The position numbers and the translations under genes are program-made. Shown piece after piece: positions 24,802-33,926 of a stretch of DNA of 64,000 nucleotides; the first letter of the stretch is position 1, and the number at the start of each line of letters is the position of its first letter. The stretch is from an uncultured Gemmatimonadales bacterium (GTDB taxonomy: Bacteria > Gemmatimonadota > Gemmatimonadetes > Gemmatimonadales > GWC2-71-9). The notes beneath the pieces were generated by a model, which saw nothing but the letters and a program-made list of their open reading frames with translations, was not told the DNA's origin and did no database searches. The stretch is from NCBI GenBank assembly GCA_963728915.1, contig CAVSLV010000001.1:1472001-1536000 (forward strand), written 5' to 3'.

Positions 24802-27560
24802 CGGGATCCCGCAATCGGCATAGTCACCTCGAGACCAAACCGCGCGGCGGGATACAACCGCGGCGTGGTCTGGGCGCCGCCGTAATTGCCCCTCCGATCG
24901 AACGCGTTGAACGCATAGAACGAGAGCCGGCCGCCTGCCGGCAGGGTCTTTGCCACCTGGAGGGAGAAGAGCCAGTCGACCGGGCCCCGCTGCGGGTCCA
25001 CCAGGAGACCGCCGCGCGGGATGCGCAGATCCTGGTACTCCGGCGCGCTCCGTTGCTCGGCAGGAACCGGGACCAGCTCGCCCGAGCGGGTCAGGTATCC
25101 CGCAAAGCTCAGGGAATCGGTGCTGCCCAGGTCCTGCCGGGTTTCCCGGAGGGTGAGCTGAATGGTCCCGGTGATGATCAGACCGGCCGGCGCCTGCTGG
25201 TGTATCAGCCGGGTGGTGAGGAGCAGCCGGTCCCCGGTTCGGATGGTTCCCTCCCAGTAGGGGGTCCGCCGGATGAAACCGGTGAGCTGAAACTCGCTGA
25301 ACGTGAGGGCGCTCCCGAACTCGACCCCGGTATTCTCCACCCTGGTCTTGAGGTACGACCCCGAAACAGCCAGCCGCGTCCCGGTCCCCCGAAGCTCAGG
25401 AAGGATCGCGGTCAGCTCGGCGCCGGTGACCTGCATGGTGAGATTGTTCGAGGGGCGGTCGATCAGCGCCGGCACCGTGTCGGTCGCATAGGGGACCGGT
25501 TCATAGGACGGGGGCCGCCCGGTTGCCCGGGTCGAGTCCACGATCTGGAACAGGTCTCGATACAGCGCGCTGGGTGTCGAGATGGTGCCGACCGCGTCGC
25601 TGGTCCGGTCGCGAAACGCGGTAAATGCCATCTCGGCACGCCCGAGTGACGCTTCGAAGCCGGCCTCCAGCTTCGTGGTGCGGGAGAAGCCCAGCCCGGG
25701 GTTGGTGGGATCGAGGATCCGGGTGGTGAGCACGGCCAGCCGCTCGGCGGGATCGTTGGCGTAGTAGTTGACGTTGACGAGATCGTAGTACTGCGCTTCC
25801 GGATAGAGCTGGGTCAGCGACGGCAGCTTGGCGAGGCGGCCTGCGCCGGCGCGGAGACGCAGCCAGCGCCTCGGAGCGATCTCGATATTGAGGCGCGGCT
25901 GGAGCGCGCTGCTCCGCACTCCCGAGAGCCAGGTGCTTCCCTCGTGCAGCAGATCCATCCGGACCCCGCCCTGGATCGAGATGGTCCCCTCGGAGCCGAG
26001 GCTCCAGGTCTCTCGGTCGTCGAGGTAGAGTCCCGTCGTGACCAGCGGCGGCAGCGAATCGAACCGGCGGGGCCTGTCATAGCCATTCACGCCATTGAAG
26101 GTGGACTGGGGCGGAAACTCGACGTCGAACAGGAGCCCCGGTCCGGCGTTCCATTCCCGGCGCAGCTCGACGCCGGCACGGAAGATTTCGTTGCGGGAAA
26201 GCCGGTGGGGCTGGGCGATCAGCTCGACCCGGTGATAGAGGAATCGAGGATCGCCTTCGACGTCCACCTGCGCGTTGTACACCCCCCCGATGAACTTGCC
26301 GACCTGGGTGCCTTCGGTGAGGCGATTGGTGAACGGCTCCGCCGCGCGGAGGAGGTTGTTGCGGCTCATCGAACGCTGGCGGGTTAACTCGAAAGCGCCG
26401 GTCCATTCCACCCGGCTGGAGCTCCCCAGGCCGAAGCGGGCCCGCTCCGACACCCGGATGGCGCGGTCCCGGCTGTGGGATTCGATCCCGGGGAACTGGT
26501 CCACTTCGGGTATATCCTGGACGAGCTGATAGCCATCGAGCCGGGTATCGAGTGTGACCCGTCCCCGTTCGTAACGATGGGCAAGCTGGGCGGCGAACCG
26601 GTAGCTCGCGTCATCGGTGCGGCCGGGCGCGACCCTGGTCCGGGTGACGTCGAAGCTGCCGCTCCCGGTCTGCTTCGCCGAAAATCCGGAGCCGCCGACC
26701 AGGCTCGCTTGGATGCTCCGGGGATCGGCGAGCGCCTGCACTTCGGGATTGATGCGGCCAGCTCGGGTTTCGACGAGGATGGCCCCCTGGGACAGGTCGC
26801 CGAAGCGCGCCGAGGGGACCCCGCGGATCACCTCGACCCGCTCGATGGTAGAGGCGGGGATCCGGCGGAGGTCGATGCCACCGCCCGCGGAGGTCGCGAA
26901 GGCAAGCTCTCCGCGGGGGCCGAGGGTTTGCAGGTTTGCGTTGTTCGAGGCGGGAACGCCGTCGAGCACGATCTGGGTACCGAAAGAGGCCAGCTCGCCG
27001 GCATTCGGCTGGCTGGCCCCGACGCTGGTGGCGTTCCCCGGCGAGACGGGAATTCCCCGAAGGCCGAATTGCTGGACCGACTCGAGCCCGGGCGGCTGAA
27101 GCACGACACCAGGGAGCAGCTCGAGGATACCCTGAAGCGAGGTGGCGGCCTGATTGCGAATGGCTTCCCGGTCGATCACCGATGCGGTCCCGAGTTCTCC
27201 GGTGGCACGGCTGATCGGGTCCGCGGTGACCGTGACCCCCGGAAGGTTGAGCGCGCTCCGGGTCATCAGGAGATCGACCACCAGCGTCCCGGAAGGCGGT
27301 ATGACGACGGACTGTCGAGAGGGGGCGTAGCCGATCCGGATCACCCGGAGGACCTGCGGACCGGGAGGCACGTTCTGGAGTTGGTAGCGACCTTCGTTGT
27401 CAGAATTGGTGGAGAGCGTGAAGCCCTCGATCGAGACGGTCGCCTGCCCCAGGGGGGCTCGGGAATCGAGGTCCAGCACCCGCCCGCTGACGGCTGGGCC
27501 CTGGGCCAGGAGAGAACCGGCACCCGCGCCCAACCACAGCAGCGCGAGTGCCCGCTTCAC
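24798..27560 (-). CDS. TonB-dependent receptor with an N-terminal carboxypeptidase-regulatory-like domain
   Basis: VSGRVLD...G.Y.L.NVPPG, plug GIDLRRIPASTIERVEVIRGVPSARFGDLSQG, C-terminal FGLEVT. Confidence 0.9.
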   Translation of the reverse strand: MKRALALLWLGAGAGSLLAQGPAVSGRVLDLDSRAPLGQATVSIEGFTLSTNSDNEGRYQLQNVPPGPQVLRVIRIGYAPSRQSVVIPPSGTLVVDLLMTRSALNLPGVTVTADPISRATGELGTASVIDREAIRNQAATSLQGILELLPGVVLQPPGLESVQQFGLRGIPVSPGNATSVGASQPNAGELASFGTQIVLDGVPASNNANLQTLGPRGELAFATSAGGGIDLRRIPASTIERVEVIRGVPSARFGDLSQGAILVETRAGRINPEVQALADPRSIQASLVGGSGFSAKQTGSGSFDVTRTRVAPGRTDDASYRFAAQLAHRYERGRVTLDTRLDGYQLVQDIPEVDQFPGIESHSRDRAIRVSERARFGLGSSSRVEWTGAFELTRQRSMSRNNLLRAAEPFTNRLTEGTQVGKFIGGVYNAQVDVEGDPRFLYHRVELIAQPHRLSRNEIFRAGVELRREWNAGPGLLFDVEFPPQSTFNGVNGYDRPRRFDSLPPLVTTGLYLDDRETWSLGSEGTISIQGGVRMDLLHEGSTWLSGVRSSALQPRLNIEIAPRRWLRLRAGAGRLAKLPSLTQLYPEAQYYDLVNVNYYANDPAERLAVLTTRILDPTNPGLGFSRTTKLEAGFEASLGRAEMAFTAFRDRTSDAVGTISTPSALYRDLFQIVDSTRATGRPPSYEPVPYATDTVPALIDRPSNNLTMQVTGAELTAILPELRGTGTRLAVSGSYLKTRVENTGVEFGSALTFSEFQLTGFIRRTPYWEGTIRTGDRLLLTTRLIHQQAPAGLIITGTIQLTLRETRQDLGSTDSLSFAGYLTRSGELVPVPAEQRSAPEYQDLRIPRGGLLVDPQRGPVDWLFSLQVAKTLPAGGRLSFYAFNAFDRRGNYGGAQTTPRLYPAARFGLEVTMPIAGSR

Positions 27561-27690
27561 CGATTGGCTCTTTCGGTTATCAGGCGTTTGAAGGCCTCCG
27601 CCAGCACGGGATCAGCTAGCTGTTCGGCAATCCAAGCTCCCACGCGATAACAGTGAGGCTGCTTCCCCGATCGCGCAAGGTTTGCACCCC
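27557..27690 (-). pseudogene. Internally deleted 3' remnant of the AraC-like HTH gene at 30243-30665
   Basis: Matches 30247-30300 and 30376-30450 (atcaggcgtttgaaggcctccgccag; caatccaagctcccacgcgataacagtgaggctg) with the middle missing; its TGA overlaps the receptor GTG. Confidence 0.75.
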
Positions 27691-27829
27691 TCCTATTGGC
27701 GGGGCCGGGTTGGAGGGAAATGGAAAGTCCGTTCATTCCAGCAGGGTTCAGCGATCACTTCCGATTCGGAGCTTTCGCAGTTCATGAGACGTCGTAGTTT
27801 GGGATTTCGATTGTGAAGCGAATGGTTCA

Positions 27830-28456
27830 ATGGATTCCCCGCGTCGGCCGTACTCGTTCGTGCTGGTCTTTGCGCTCCTCGTGGCGGTGGGACTCGTGGT
27901 GTGGCTTTCCCTGCGACAGGTCGAGGTGAACAAGGCCTACGCCGAGCTCCGGCGGCTCGCAACTCAACCACATGAAGGCTATGCGGTTCCCGGCTTTGTG
28001 GCGCAGACCATCACGGGGGACACGCTCACGATCGGCGAAGGCGGTTCCCTGGAGGACCGTACGATTCTGTTTGTCCTCACGACGACCTGCCCGTACTGCC
28101 TGGCCACTCTGCCGGTGTGGACTTCGCTGGCCGACTCGGTGGAACGGAGTGGCGTCGTGCGGGTCGTTGCGCTGGCCCTCGATTCGGTCGAGGCGGTGCG
28201 CCGATACGCCGCAGCTCATCACCTGCTCTTTCGAATGGCAACATTCCCATCCGAAAAGCTGCGGCGGCTCTATCGCGCCGGTTCGGTGCCCCAAACGGTG
28301 GTGCTCGATGGAGCGGGGACGGTCCGGTATGCCCATATCGGGATGCTCAAGCCGGGACCGAAGCTCGATTCGGTGTACTTGGCCCTCAAGCCGATTGGCC
28401 ATGAGGGCCTTTCTGCCAGCTCTGCGAAGCGGAGTCTGGATTCAATCCCCAAGTAG
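27830..28456 (+). CDS. Membrane-anchored TlpA/redoxin-like thioredoxin-fold protein, copy 1
   Basis: N-terminal TM helix, LFVLTTTCPYC, cis-Pro motif SVPQTVVLD..G.V. Confidence 0.85.
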   Translation: MDSPRRPYSFVLVFALLVAVGLVVWLSLRQVEVNKAYAELRRLATQPHEGYAVPGFVAQTITGDTLTIGEGGSLEDRTILFVLTTTCPYCLATLPVWTSLADSVERSGVVRVVALALDSVEAVRRYAAAHHLLFRMATFPSEKLRRLYRAGSVPQTVVLDGAGTVRYAHIGMLKPGPKLDSVYLALKPIGHEGLSASSAKRSLDSIPK

Positions 28457-28467
28457 AGGAGGAAACC

Positions 28468-28720
28468 ATGTCAAAGAAAAGCGAGCAGGATCTCGGGATG
28501 GATCGTTGGAACAGCGGTCACGGCGGCATTGGCGTTTGGGCTGAGCGTCGCGACTGCCAAACCGGCATCGGCATTGACTTGTCCCGATGACGGGTGGACT
28601 TGGCTGGGTCAGCAGCCGGACGCGGAGACCTGCGACAATCTTTGTAAGGCAATCCACGGAGATCCGGAGGCGGTGGGCCACTGGTATCCAGCCACGGGAT
28701 GCTGCGTCTGTCTGTACTGA
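28468..28720 (+). CDS. Secreted 6-Cys peptide precursor, copy 1 (+1 frameshift in the A-run at 28477-28480)
   Basis: GAGGAGG RBS; paralogue of 31486-31737; mature sequence LTCPDDGWTWLGQQPDAETCDNLCKAIHGDPEAVGHWYPATGCCVCLY; span 253 nt = 3n+1. Confidence 0.8.
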
Positions 28721-28734
28721 CTTCCAGCGAATGC

Positions 28735-28769
28735 CGCCTCTCCCCTGAAGATTATCGGGGGGAGAGGCG
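28735..28769. terminator. Stem-loop between the convergent peptide and lipoprotein genes (unit 1)
   Basis: cgcctctcccctga-agatta-tcggggggagaggcg. Confidence 0.55.
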
Positions 28770-28784
28770 CCCCGTTGGCCAGTA

Positions 28785-30029
28785 TCACCGCACGAGGCCA
28801 GGAGTGCGGGAGGTCCGCACGAAGTCAGCAGCACTGCTCCGAGTCCACTGTAGAATCGGCCTGCCAAACCCGAGAGCCTGAGCCTCGACTCGGGACGCTG
28901 AGTGTAGAAATTCGACGTTCTCGTTCCACCCGTTCATCGCCTGGTCAAAGGAAGCGCGATCCAGACCGGCATTAATGAGGCGCGGACACCGGGGCCACAA
29001 GGGGACCCATCCAGACCACACCGAAACGACGTCAACTAGCAGCGACCGGTCCACCCGAATCCATTCCTTCCCGGCGGAAACGACGGCTCGTGGTGCAGTG
29101 GAACGGTTGTAGGGGCGCGCCAAGGCGAGGATCGACTCATACGTCGGTGCATGACCGGTCAGGGGGGACGCCAGAGACAAGGTATCAATCATGTTCGGGA
29201 CTGCGGGATTGTCGACGTCTCCCGAGCCACCATAGAACTCGAAATCGGCGCTTCTCAGGTCGAGTCCTCCCTGGATGATCGCGGTATGATCGATGGCGTC
29301 CTGGGCCACCACGACAGTGCCGCCCGGGGGAACCGGATGGTCACGACCTCGGCCGGGGAATTGCTGTACTTGCCGCGTCCAGATCCCGTCGGCATCGTTC
29401 GAATACGGTGCAAAAAACGCGCAGTTGTCGCCCTGAGAGTCATAGGCCCAGGCCAGTCCATCCACGATCGTGAGACCATCGAGATAGAGGGTCGTGTCAG
29501 CGTTATTGAGCAGCTCGACAAAGCCACCGTAGTAGTAGGTCTGGGTCACCGGTGGGATTGCCGCATAATTGAAGTACCACTCGCTGATTACAAACCCGTG
29601 CTTGCGACTAGCCAGTACCCGCACCGCAATCTCGCCAGAACCAGCCGCGACACTCGTCCTCGTTACCCACCCCAGAACGTCTTCCAAGGCAGGAAGCCGG
29701 CTCCGCTCCTCCGGGGTGAGCCACCTTCGTACGTCCACCCAGTAGGTCACCCCGGCCACCAAGTCTGACAAATTCACCACCCCAGTCTCGTTCCCCATCA
29801 CCACGCGTGGCGGCGCACTCGAATCGACCGGTGTCACCGTCACCTCGGCATCGGGAATCCCTGCTTCCCACCCAAGGGCTTGGGCCGCCGCCAGATCTTC
29901 TGTTTCCGGAAGGAACCGCAGTGAGGTCGGGCCGGCGGGTGGGGGAGGTGGCGGGTCAATCAGGGTGACCCCACCTCCGCAACCGGCGGCCAGCACCAGG
30001 ATCATGGGCAGGGGGTTCCGGCACATCAT
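28785..30029 (-). CDS. DUF4876-like surface lipoprotein, copy 1
   Basis: Lipobox LAAGC, Pro linker, FVISEWY, FVELLNNADTTLYLDGL, AQDAIDH, LDLRSADFEF, DVDNPAVPNM. Family label from recall. Confidence 0.75.
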   Translation of the reverse strand: MMCRNPLPMILVLAAGCGGGVTLIDPPPPPPAGPTSLRFLPETEDLAAAQALGWEAGIPDAEVTVTPVDSSAPPRVVMGNETGVVNLSDLVAGVTYWVDVRRWLTPEERSRLPALEDVLGWVTRTSVAAGSGEIAVRVLASRKHGFVISEWYFNYAAIPPVTQTYYYGGFVELLNNADTTLYLDGLTIVDGLAWAYDSQGDNCAFFAPYSNDADGIWTRQVQQFPGRGRDHPVPPGGTVVVAQDAIDHTAIIQGGLDLRSADFEFYGGSGDVDNPAVPNMIDTLSLASPLTGHAPTYESILALARPYNRSTAPRAVVSAGKEWIRVDRSLLVDVVSVWSGWVPLWPRCPRLINAGLDRASFDQAMNGWNENVEFLHSASRVEAQALGFGRPILQWTRSSAADFVRTSRTPGLVR

Positions 30030-30242
30030 TGCATCCTACGACTTGCCCCTGCCGCGGACAAGCACCGAATCGGAATGGCCTCCTGACTTGCTCCATCAGG
30101 TGTTATCCGGTGCCAGATCGACATGGTTAGGTAGCGCAGACCGTGCGATCGCTACGGGTTGGGAACCGGAAGCGTTCCCGGGAAACAGTCGGTTCGGGCG
30201 AATTCCGCTTCACTGTCTCGGGTCGATTCGCAGGTCCGCCCT

Positions 30243-30665
30243 TCACGGATTGGCTCTTCCCGAAATCAGGCGTTTGAAGGCCTCCGCCAGGGCGTGATCA
30301 GCCTGTTCGGCGCTCCAGCGACGAATCATTGTGGGTTTCGTGGAGAGCACCCGGCGAATCATTCGCCGGAGTGCATAGCTGTTCGACAATCCAAGCTCCC
30401 ACGCGATAACAGTGAGGCTGGCTCGCCGATCGCGCAAGGCTTGCACGCCCCGATAGACCAGACACCACGCCAGGAGCTCGTGAGCCCGGGGGAGGTGCTC
30501 GTGCTTCAGCCGGTCCGCCAACGCCCGCGGAGTGACCTGCAATCGCGCGGCGAGCTCCGCCACCCGCGGAGGCGCTACCTCCGGGTTCAGGCCGTATTCG
30601 ACGACGCCGGCCAGCAATGGGGTCGGTTTGAAAAGAAATGCAAACTCCGGAAGGTGGTCACCCAT
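30243..30665 (-). CDS. AraC-like double-HTH DNA-binding protein with no sensor domain
   Basis: VAELAARLQVTPRALADRL...LLAW...SLTVIAWELGLSNSYALRRMIRR. Confidence 0.7.
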   Translation of the reverse strand: MGDHLPEFAFLFKPTPLLAGVVEYGLNPEVAPPRVAELAARLQVTPRALADRLKHEHLPRAHELLAWCLVYRGVQALRDRRASLTVIAWELGLSNSYALRRMIRRVLSTKPTMIRRWSAEQADHALAEAFKRLISGRANP

Positions 30666-30847
30666 CGAATCCCTGCCAGGCAAATGCTCGCGCCCCGGCA
30701 AATCGCAGCAATTCCCGGACAAGACATTAGCGACTTACCTGAGCTCGTTCAGTCGAGCAGGGATTCAGCGGATCACTTCCGATTCGGAGCTTTCGCGGTT
30801 CACGAGTGGGCGTAGTTTGGGATTTCGATTGTGAAGCGAATGGTTCA

Positions 30848-31474
30848 ATGGATTCCCCGCGTCGGCCGTACTCGTTCGTGCTGGTCTTTGCGCTCCTCGT
30901 GGCGGTGGGACTCGTGGTGTGGCTTTCCCTGCGACAGGTCGAGGTGAACAAGGCCTACGCCGAGCTCCGGCGGCTCGCAACTCAACCACATGAAGGCTAT
31001 GCGGTTCCCGGCTTTGTGGCGCAGACCATCACGGGGGACACGCTCACGATCGGCGAAGGCGGTTCCCTGGAGGACCGTACGATTCTGTTTGTCCTCACGA
31101 CGACCTGCCCGTACTGCCTGGCCACTCTGCCGGTGTGGACTTCGCTGGTCGACTCGGTGGAGCGGAGTGGCGTCGTGCGGGTCGTTGCGCTGGCACTCGA
31201 TTCGGTCGAGGCGGTGCGCCGATACGCCGCAGCTCATCACCTGCTCTTTCGAATTGCAACCTTCCCATCCGAAAAGCTGCGGCGGCTCTATCGCGCCGGT
31301 TCGGTGCCCCAAACGGTGGTGCTCGATGGAGCGGGGACGGTCCGGTATGCCCATGTCGGGATGCTCAAGACGGGACCGAAGCTCGATTCGGTGTACTTGG
31401 CCCTCAAGCCGATTGTCCACGAGGGCCCTTCTGCCAGCTCCGCGCAGCGGAGTCTGGATTCAATCCCCAAGTAG
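30848..31474 (+). CDS. Membrane-anchored TlpA/redoxin-like protein, copy 2
   Basis: 208 aa with 7 substitutions versus copy 1 (counted by eye); TTTCPYC. Confidence 0.85.
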   Translation: MDSPRRPYSFVLVFALLVAVGLVVWLSLRQVEVNKAYAELRRLATQPHEGYAVPGFVAQTITGDTLTIGEGGSLEDRTILFVLTTTCPYCLATLPVWTSLVDSVERSGVVRVVALALDSVEAVRRYAAAHHLLFRIATFPSEKLRRLYRAGSVPQTVVLDGAGTVRYAHVGMLKTGPKLDSVYLALKPIVHEGPSASSAQRSLDSIPK

Positions 31475-31485
31475 AGGAGGAAACC

Positions 31486-31737
31486 ATGTCAAAGAGAGGG
31501 AGCAGAATCTCGGGATGGATCGTTGGAACCGCGGTCACGGCGGCGTTGGCGTTCGGGCTCAGCGTCGCGACTGCCAAGCCAGCGTCGGCATTGACCTGCC
31601 CCGATGATGGGTGGAACTGGGTGGGCGAGCAGCCAGATCCTGAAACCTGCACCAACGTCTGTCAAACGGCTCACGGGAACGATCCCGAGGTGGTCGGGCA
31701 CTTGTACCCAAATGGGTGCTGCGCCTGCCTCTATTAG
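31486..31737 (+). CDS. Secreted 6-Cys peptide precursor, copy 2 (83 aa, intact)
   Basis: GAGGAGG RBS; 35-aa signal peptide ending ASA; mature sequence LTCPDDGWNWVGEQPDPETCTNVCQTAHGNDPEVVGHLYPNGCCACLY. Confidence 0.85.
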   Translation: MSKRGSRISGWIVGTAVTAALAFGLSVATAKPASALTCPDDGWNWVGEQPDPETCTNVCQTAHGNDPEVVGHLYPNGCCACLY

Positions 31738-31753
31738 CCGCTGGCCGACGCCA

Positions 31754-31788
31754 CCTGCCGCCTGTCTCGATTTGAGAGGGGCGGCAGG
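31754..31788. terminator. Stem-loop between the convergent genes (unit 2)
   Basis: cctgccgcctgtctcga-t-ttgagaggggcggcagg. Confidence 0.55.
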
Positions 31789-31807
31789 GAGGCCGGTTGC
31801 GAGCCGT

Positions 31808-33049
31808 TCAAGGGACTAAACCGGGCGTACGAAGGGTACGGTGAAAATCCACCGCGCTGTTTTTGGTCCACTGCAGGATCGTTGGTCCGAGGACACCAGC
31901 GGGAACCGGCAGTCGGGAGATAGAGTGCAGGAATTCGACATTCTCATCGTACCCCTCCATCCGCCGATCGAATGGTGAGCTGTCGAACAGGGGGTTGATC
32001 ATCTGCGGACATCGCACCCCGCCCATGTAGCCGGACCACGTGGAGAACACATCGAGAAACAGGTCTCCACTCACCATGGCCCATTCTTTCTCGCCCCCGA
32101 GGATCACGCGGGGAGCGGTGGCCTTGACATAGGGACGCGCGAGCACCAGTACCGATCCGAGATACTCGAAGAACGGACCGTGGCCCGTCAGACTGCCTCC
32201 CAGGGAAAGCGTGTCGACCATGTTCGGTACGTCAGGATTGTCCGGTCCTCCGGGAAATTCGAAATCGACATTGTTCAAATTGAGACCACCCTCCACGATC
32301 ACCGAATGATCAATCGCATCCACCGCGATAACGACGGGGGTACCCGGCGCAACCGGGTAGTCACGCCCCCGACCGGGGAACTGCTCGATGTTCCGGGTCC
32401 AGATCCCCCTGGAATCCTTGGCATACGGGGAGAGAAACGCGCACCCGTCCGATGAATTATCGTAGTTGACCACGAGACCCTCTACGATGGTCAGGCCATC
32501 GAGGAATACCGTGGTATCCGAGTTGTTATACAGCTCGACAAAACCCCCAACATCATACGTCTCATGCAGGGGCGGTGGTGCGGCAATATTGAAAGACCAT
32601 TCGCTGATGACCAACCCGTGCCTTCGGCTTGCCGGCACCTGCACCGTGCTCTCCCCCGAGCCGGCCGCCACACTCGTCCTGGTTACCCACCCCAGCACGT
32701 CCTCCGTCGCCGGAAGCCGGCCTTGCTCCTCCGGGGTCAGCCAGCGACGTACCTCCACCCAATAGAGCACTCCGCCCGCCAACCCCGAAAGATCCACTAT
32801 CCCATTCCCATTCCCCTGCACCACCTCCGGCGGGGCGCTCGAATCAACCGGGGTCACGGTCACCTCGGCATCGGGAATCCCGGTCTCCCACCCAAGGGCC
32901 TGAGCCGCGGTAACGTCTTCTGTCTCTGGGAGCAAACGCAGCGAAGTCGGGCCGGCGGGTGGGGGAGGTGGCGGGTCGATCAGGGTCACCCCGCCGCCGC
33001 AACCGGCGGCCAGGACCAGGACCATGGGCAGGGGGTTCCGGCACATCAT
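31808..33049 (-). CDS. DUF4876-like surface lipoprotein, copy 2
   Basis: Lipobox LAAGC; FVELYNNSDTTVFLDGL, AVDAIDH, DFEF..PDNPDVPNM. Confidence 0.75.
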   Translation of the reverse strand: MMCRNPLPMVLVLAAGCGGGVTLIDPPPPPPAGPTSLRLLPETEDVTAAQALGWETGIPDAEVTVTPVDSSAPPEVVQGNGNGIVDLSGLAGGVLYWVEVRRWLTPEEQGRLPATEDVLGWVTRTSVAAGSGESTVQVPASRRHGLVISEWSFNIAAPPPLHETYDVGGFVELYNNSDTTVFLDGLTIVEGLVVNYDNSSDGCAFLSPYAKDSRGIWTRNIEQFPGRGRDYPVAPGTPVVIAVDAIDHSVIVEGGLNLNNVDFEFPGGPDNPDVPNMVDTLSLGGSLTGHGPFFEYLGSVLVLARPYVKATAPRVILGGEKEWAMVSGDLFLDVFSTWSGYMGGVRCPQMINPLFDSSPFDRRMEGYDENVEFLHSISRLPVPAGVLGPTILQWTKNSAVDFHRTLRTPGLVP

Positions 33050-33142
33050 TACATCCTATGGTCTGCCCCCGCCGTAGACAAGCACCGAATCGGACCTTCG
33101 ATTCCAAAGACAGCCGAAAAAGAACGGTCCGTGACGATCGGC

Positions 33143-33502
33143 TCAACCGGGAAAGAGCCAAACCGTCTGGTCATGCAGCATCATCGCGAAGCGCCCGCCT
33201 TCCGCTGGGAGCCGGTTCCATTCCGCCTCGGTGTAGACCAGCACCTCGGCCGGAACCGGCAGATCCTCCACTTCCCAACCGATGGCGCGCTGGAAAAACG
33301 GCAGGCTGGATTCTCTCACCACGACGACGAGATCGAGATCGCTCCCTACCCCCGCATCCCCCCGGGCATACGATCCGAAGATCCCGATCCGCAGGACCTC
33401 CGGCCGACTGGCCTGCCGCGCCGCCCACTCCGCGGCAGCCGCTCGAACCAGCCCGGCCTCAGGCCATTTGAGTATCGATGAACTCGAGGATTTCACGGGC
33501 AT
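33143..33502 (-). CDS. Minimal nucleotidyltransferase (MNT)
   Basis: IFGSYARGD...SDLDLVVV; EVLVYTEAEW. Confidence 0.88.
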   Translation of the reverse strand: MPVKSSSSSILKWPEAGLVRAAAAEWAARQASRPEVLRIGIFGSYARGDAGVGSDLDLVVVVRESSLPFFQRAIGWEVEDLPVPAEVLVYTEAEWNRLPAEGGRFAMMLHDQTVWLFPG

Positions 33503-33842
33503 GAGCTATCGCATTCCGGCTCTGCAACTCGCCATAGTGCTCAAAAGGGGCTCCTTCGGGAAAACCATTCGGATAACGAGTCGAAACGTAACCCGCATCC
33601 AGGTCGTTCGCCTTCTCGATCAGGTCTGGCGGGAAGGTGGCGGGAAGCTCCCGGAGCAGCTTCGCCACCACATGGCCCCAGGCTTCCTGACCCAGCTGCA
33701 AGTGCAGCGCCTTGACCGCCTTTTCGGCGGCCTGGTGAGCCGCGAAACAGGCCCATTCATGGCGTCCTTCACTCCGGGACGCCTCCGCCTGTTCCAGGTC
33801 TCGATTGGCCTGCGCCAGCCAGTCCCGGGATCGATTTGCCAT
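33459..33842 (-). CDS. HEPN-domain protein
   Basis: GGAGG RBS; MANRSRDWLAQA..DLE.A...WACFAAHQAAEKAVKAL...GH...TRYPN. Confidence 0.9.
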   Translation of the reverse strand: MANRSRDWLAQANRDLEQAEASRSEGRHEWACFAAHQAAEKAVKALHLQLGQEAWGHVVAKLLRELPATFPPDLIEKANDLDAGYVSTRYPNGFPEGAPFEHYGELQSRNAIAHAREILEFIDTQMA

Positions 33843-33926
33843 TGCCTCCAAGTATACCCCGATAGCCGGTCTCCAATCGATGACGGGTCTGCGGTTGGAA
33901 GGAATCGCCCGGTCTAGATTTCCCGA

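Larger units (their letters stand above)
27745..30074. repeat. Tandem duplication unit 1 (redoxin - Cys-peptide - DUF4876-like lipoprotein)
   Basis: Colinear with 30761-33094 at an offset of 3018-3020 bp. Confidence 0.92.
30761..33094. repeat. Tandem duplication unit 2
   Basis: Colinear with 27745-30074; shared right end gacaagcaccgaatcgga. Confidence 0.92.

Noticed and set aside
28574..31737. WxW (GWNW/GWTW) in the peptides resembling the darobactin/triceptide core
   Set aside because: No radical SAM/SPASM or other RiPP-modifying enzyme in the window; the precursors have Sec signals and six Cys, which fits disulfide-only maturation.
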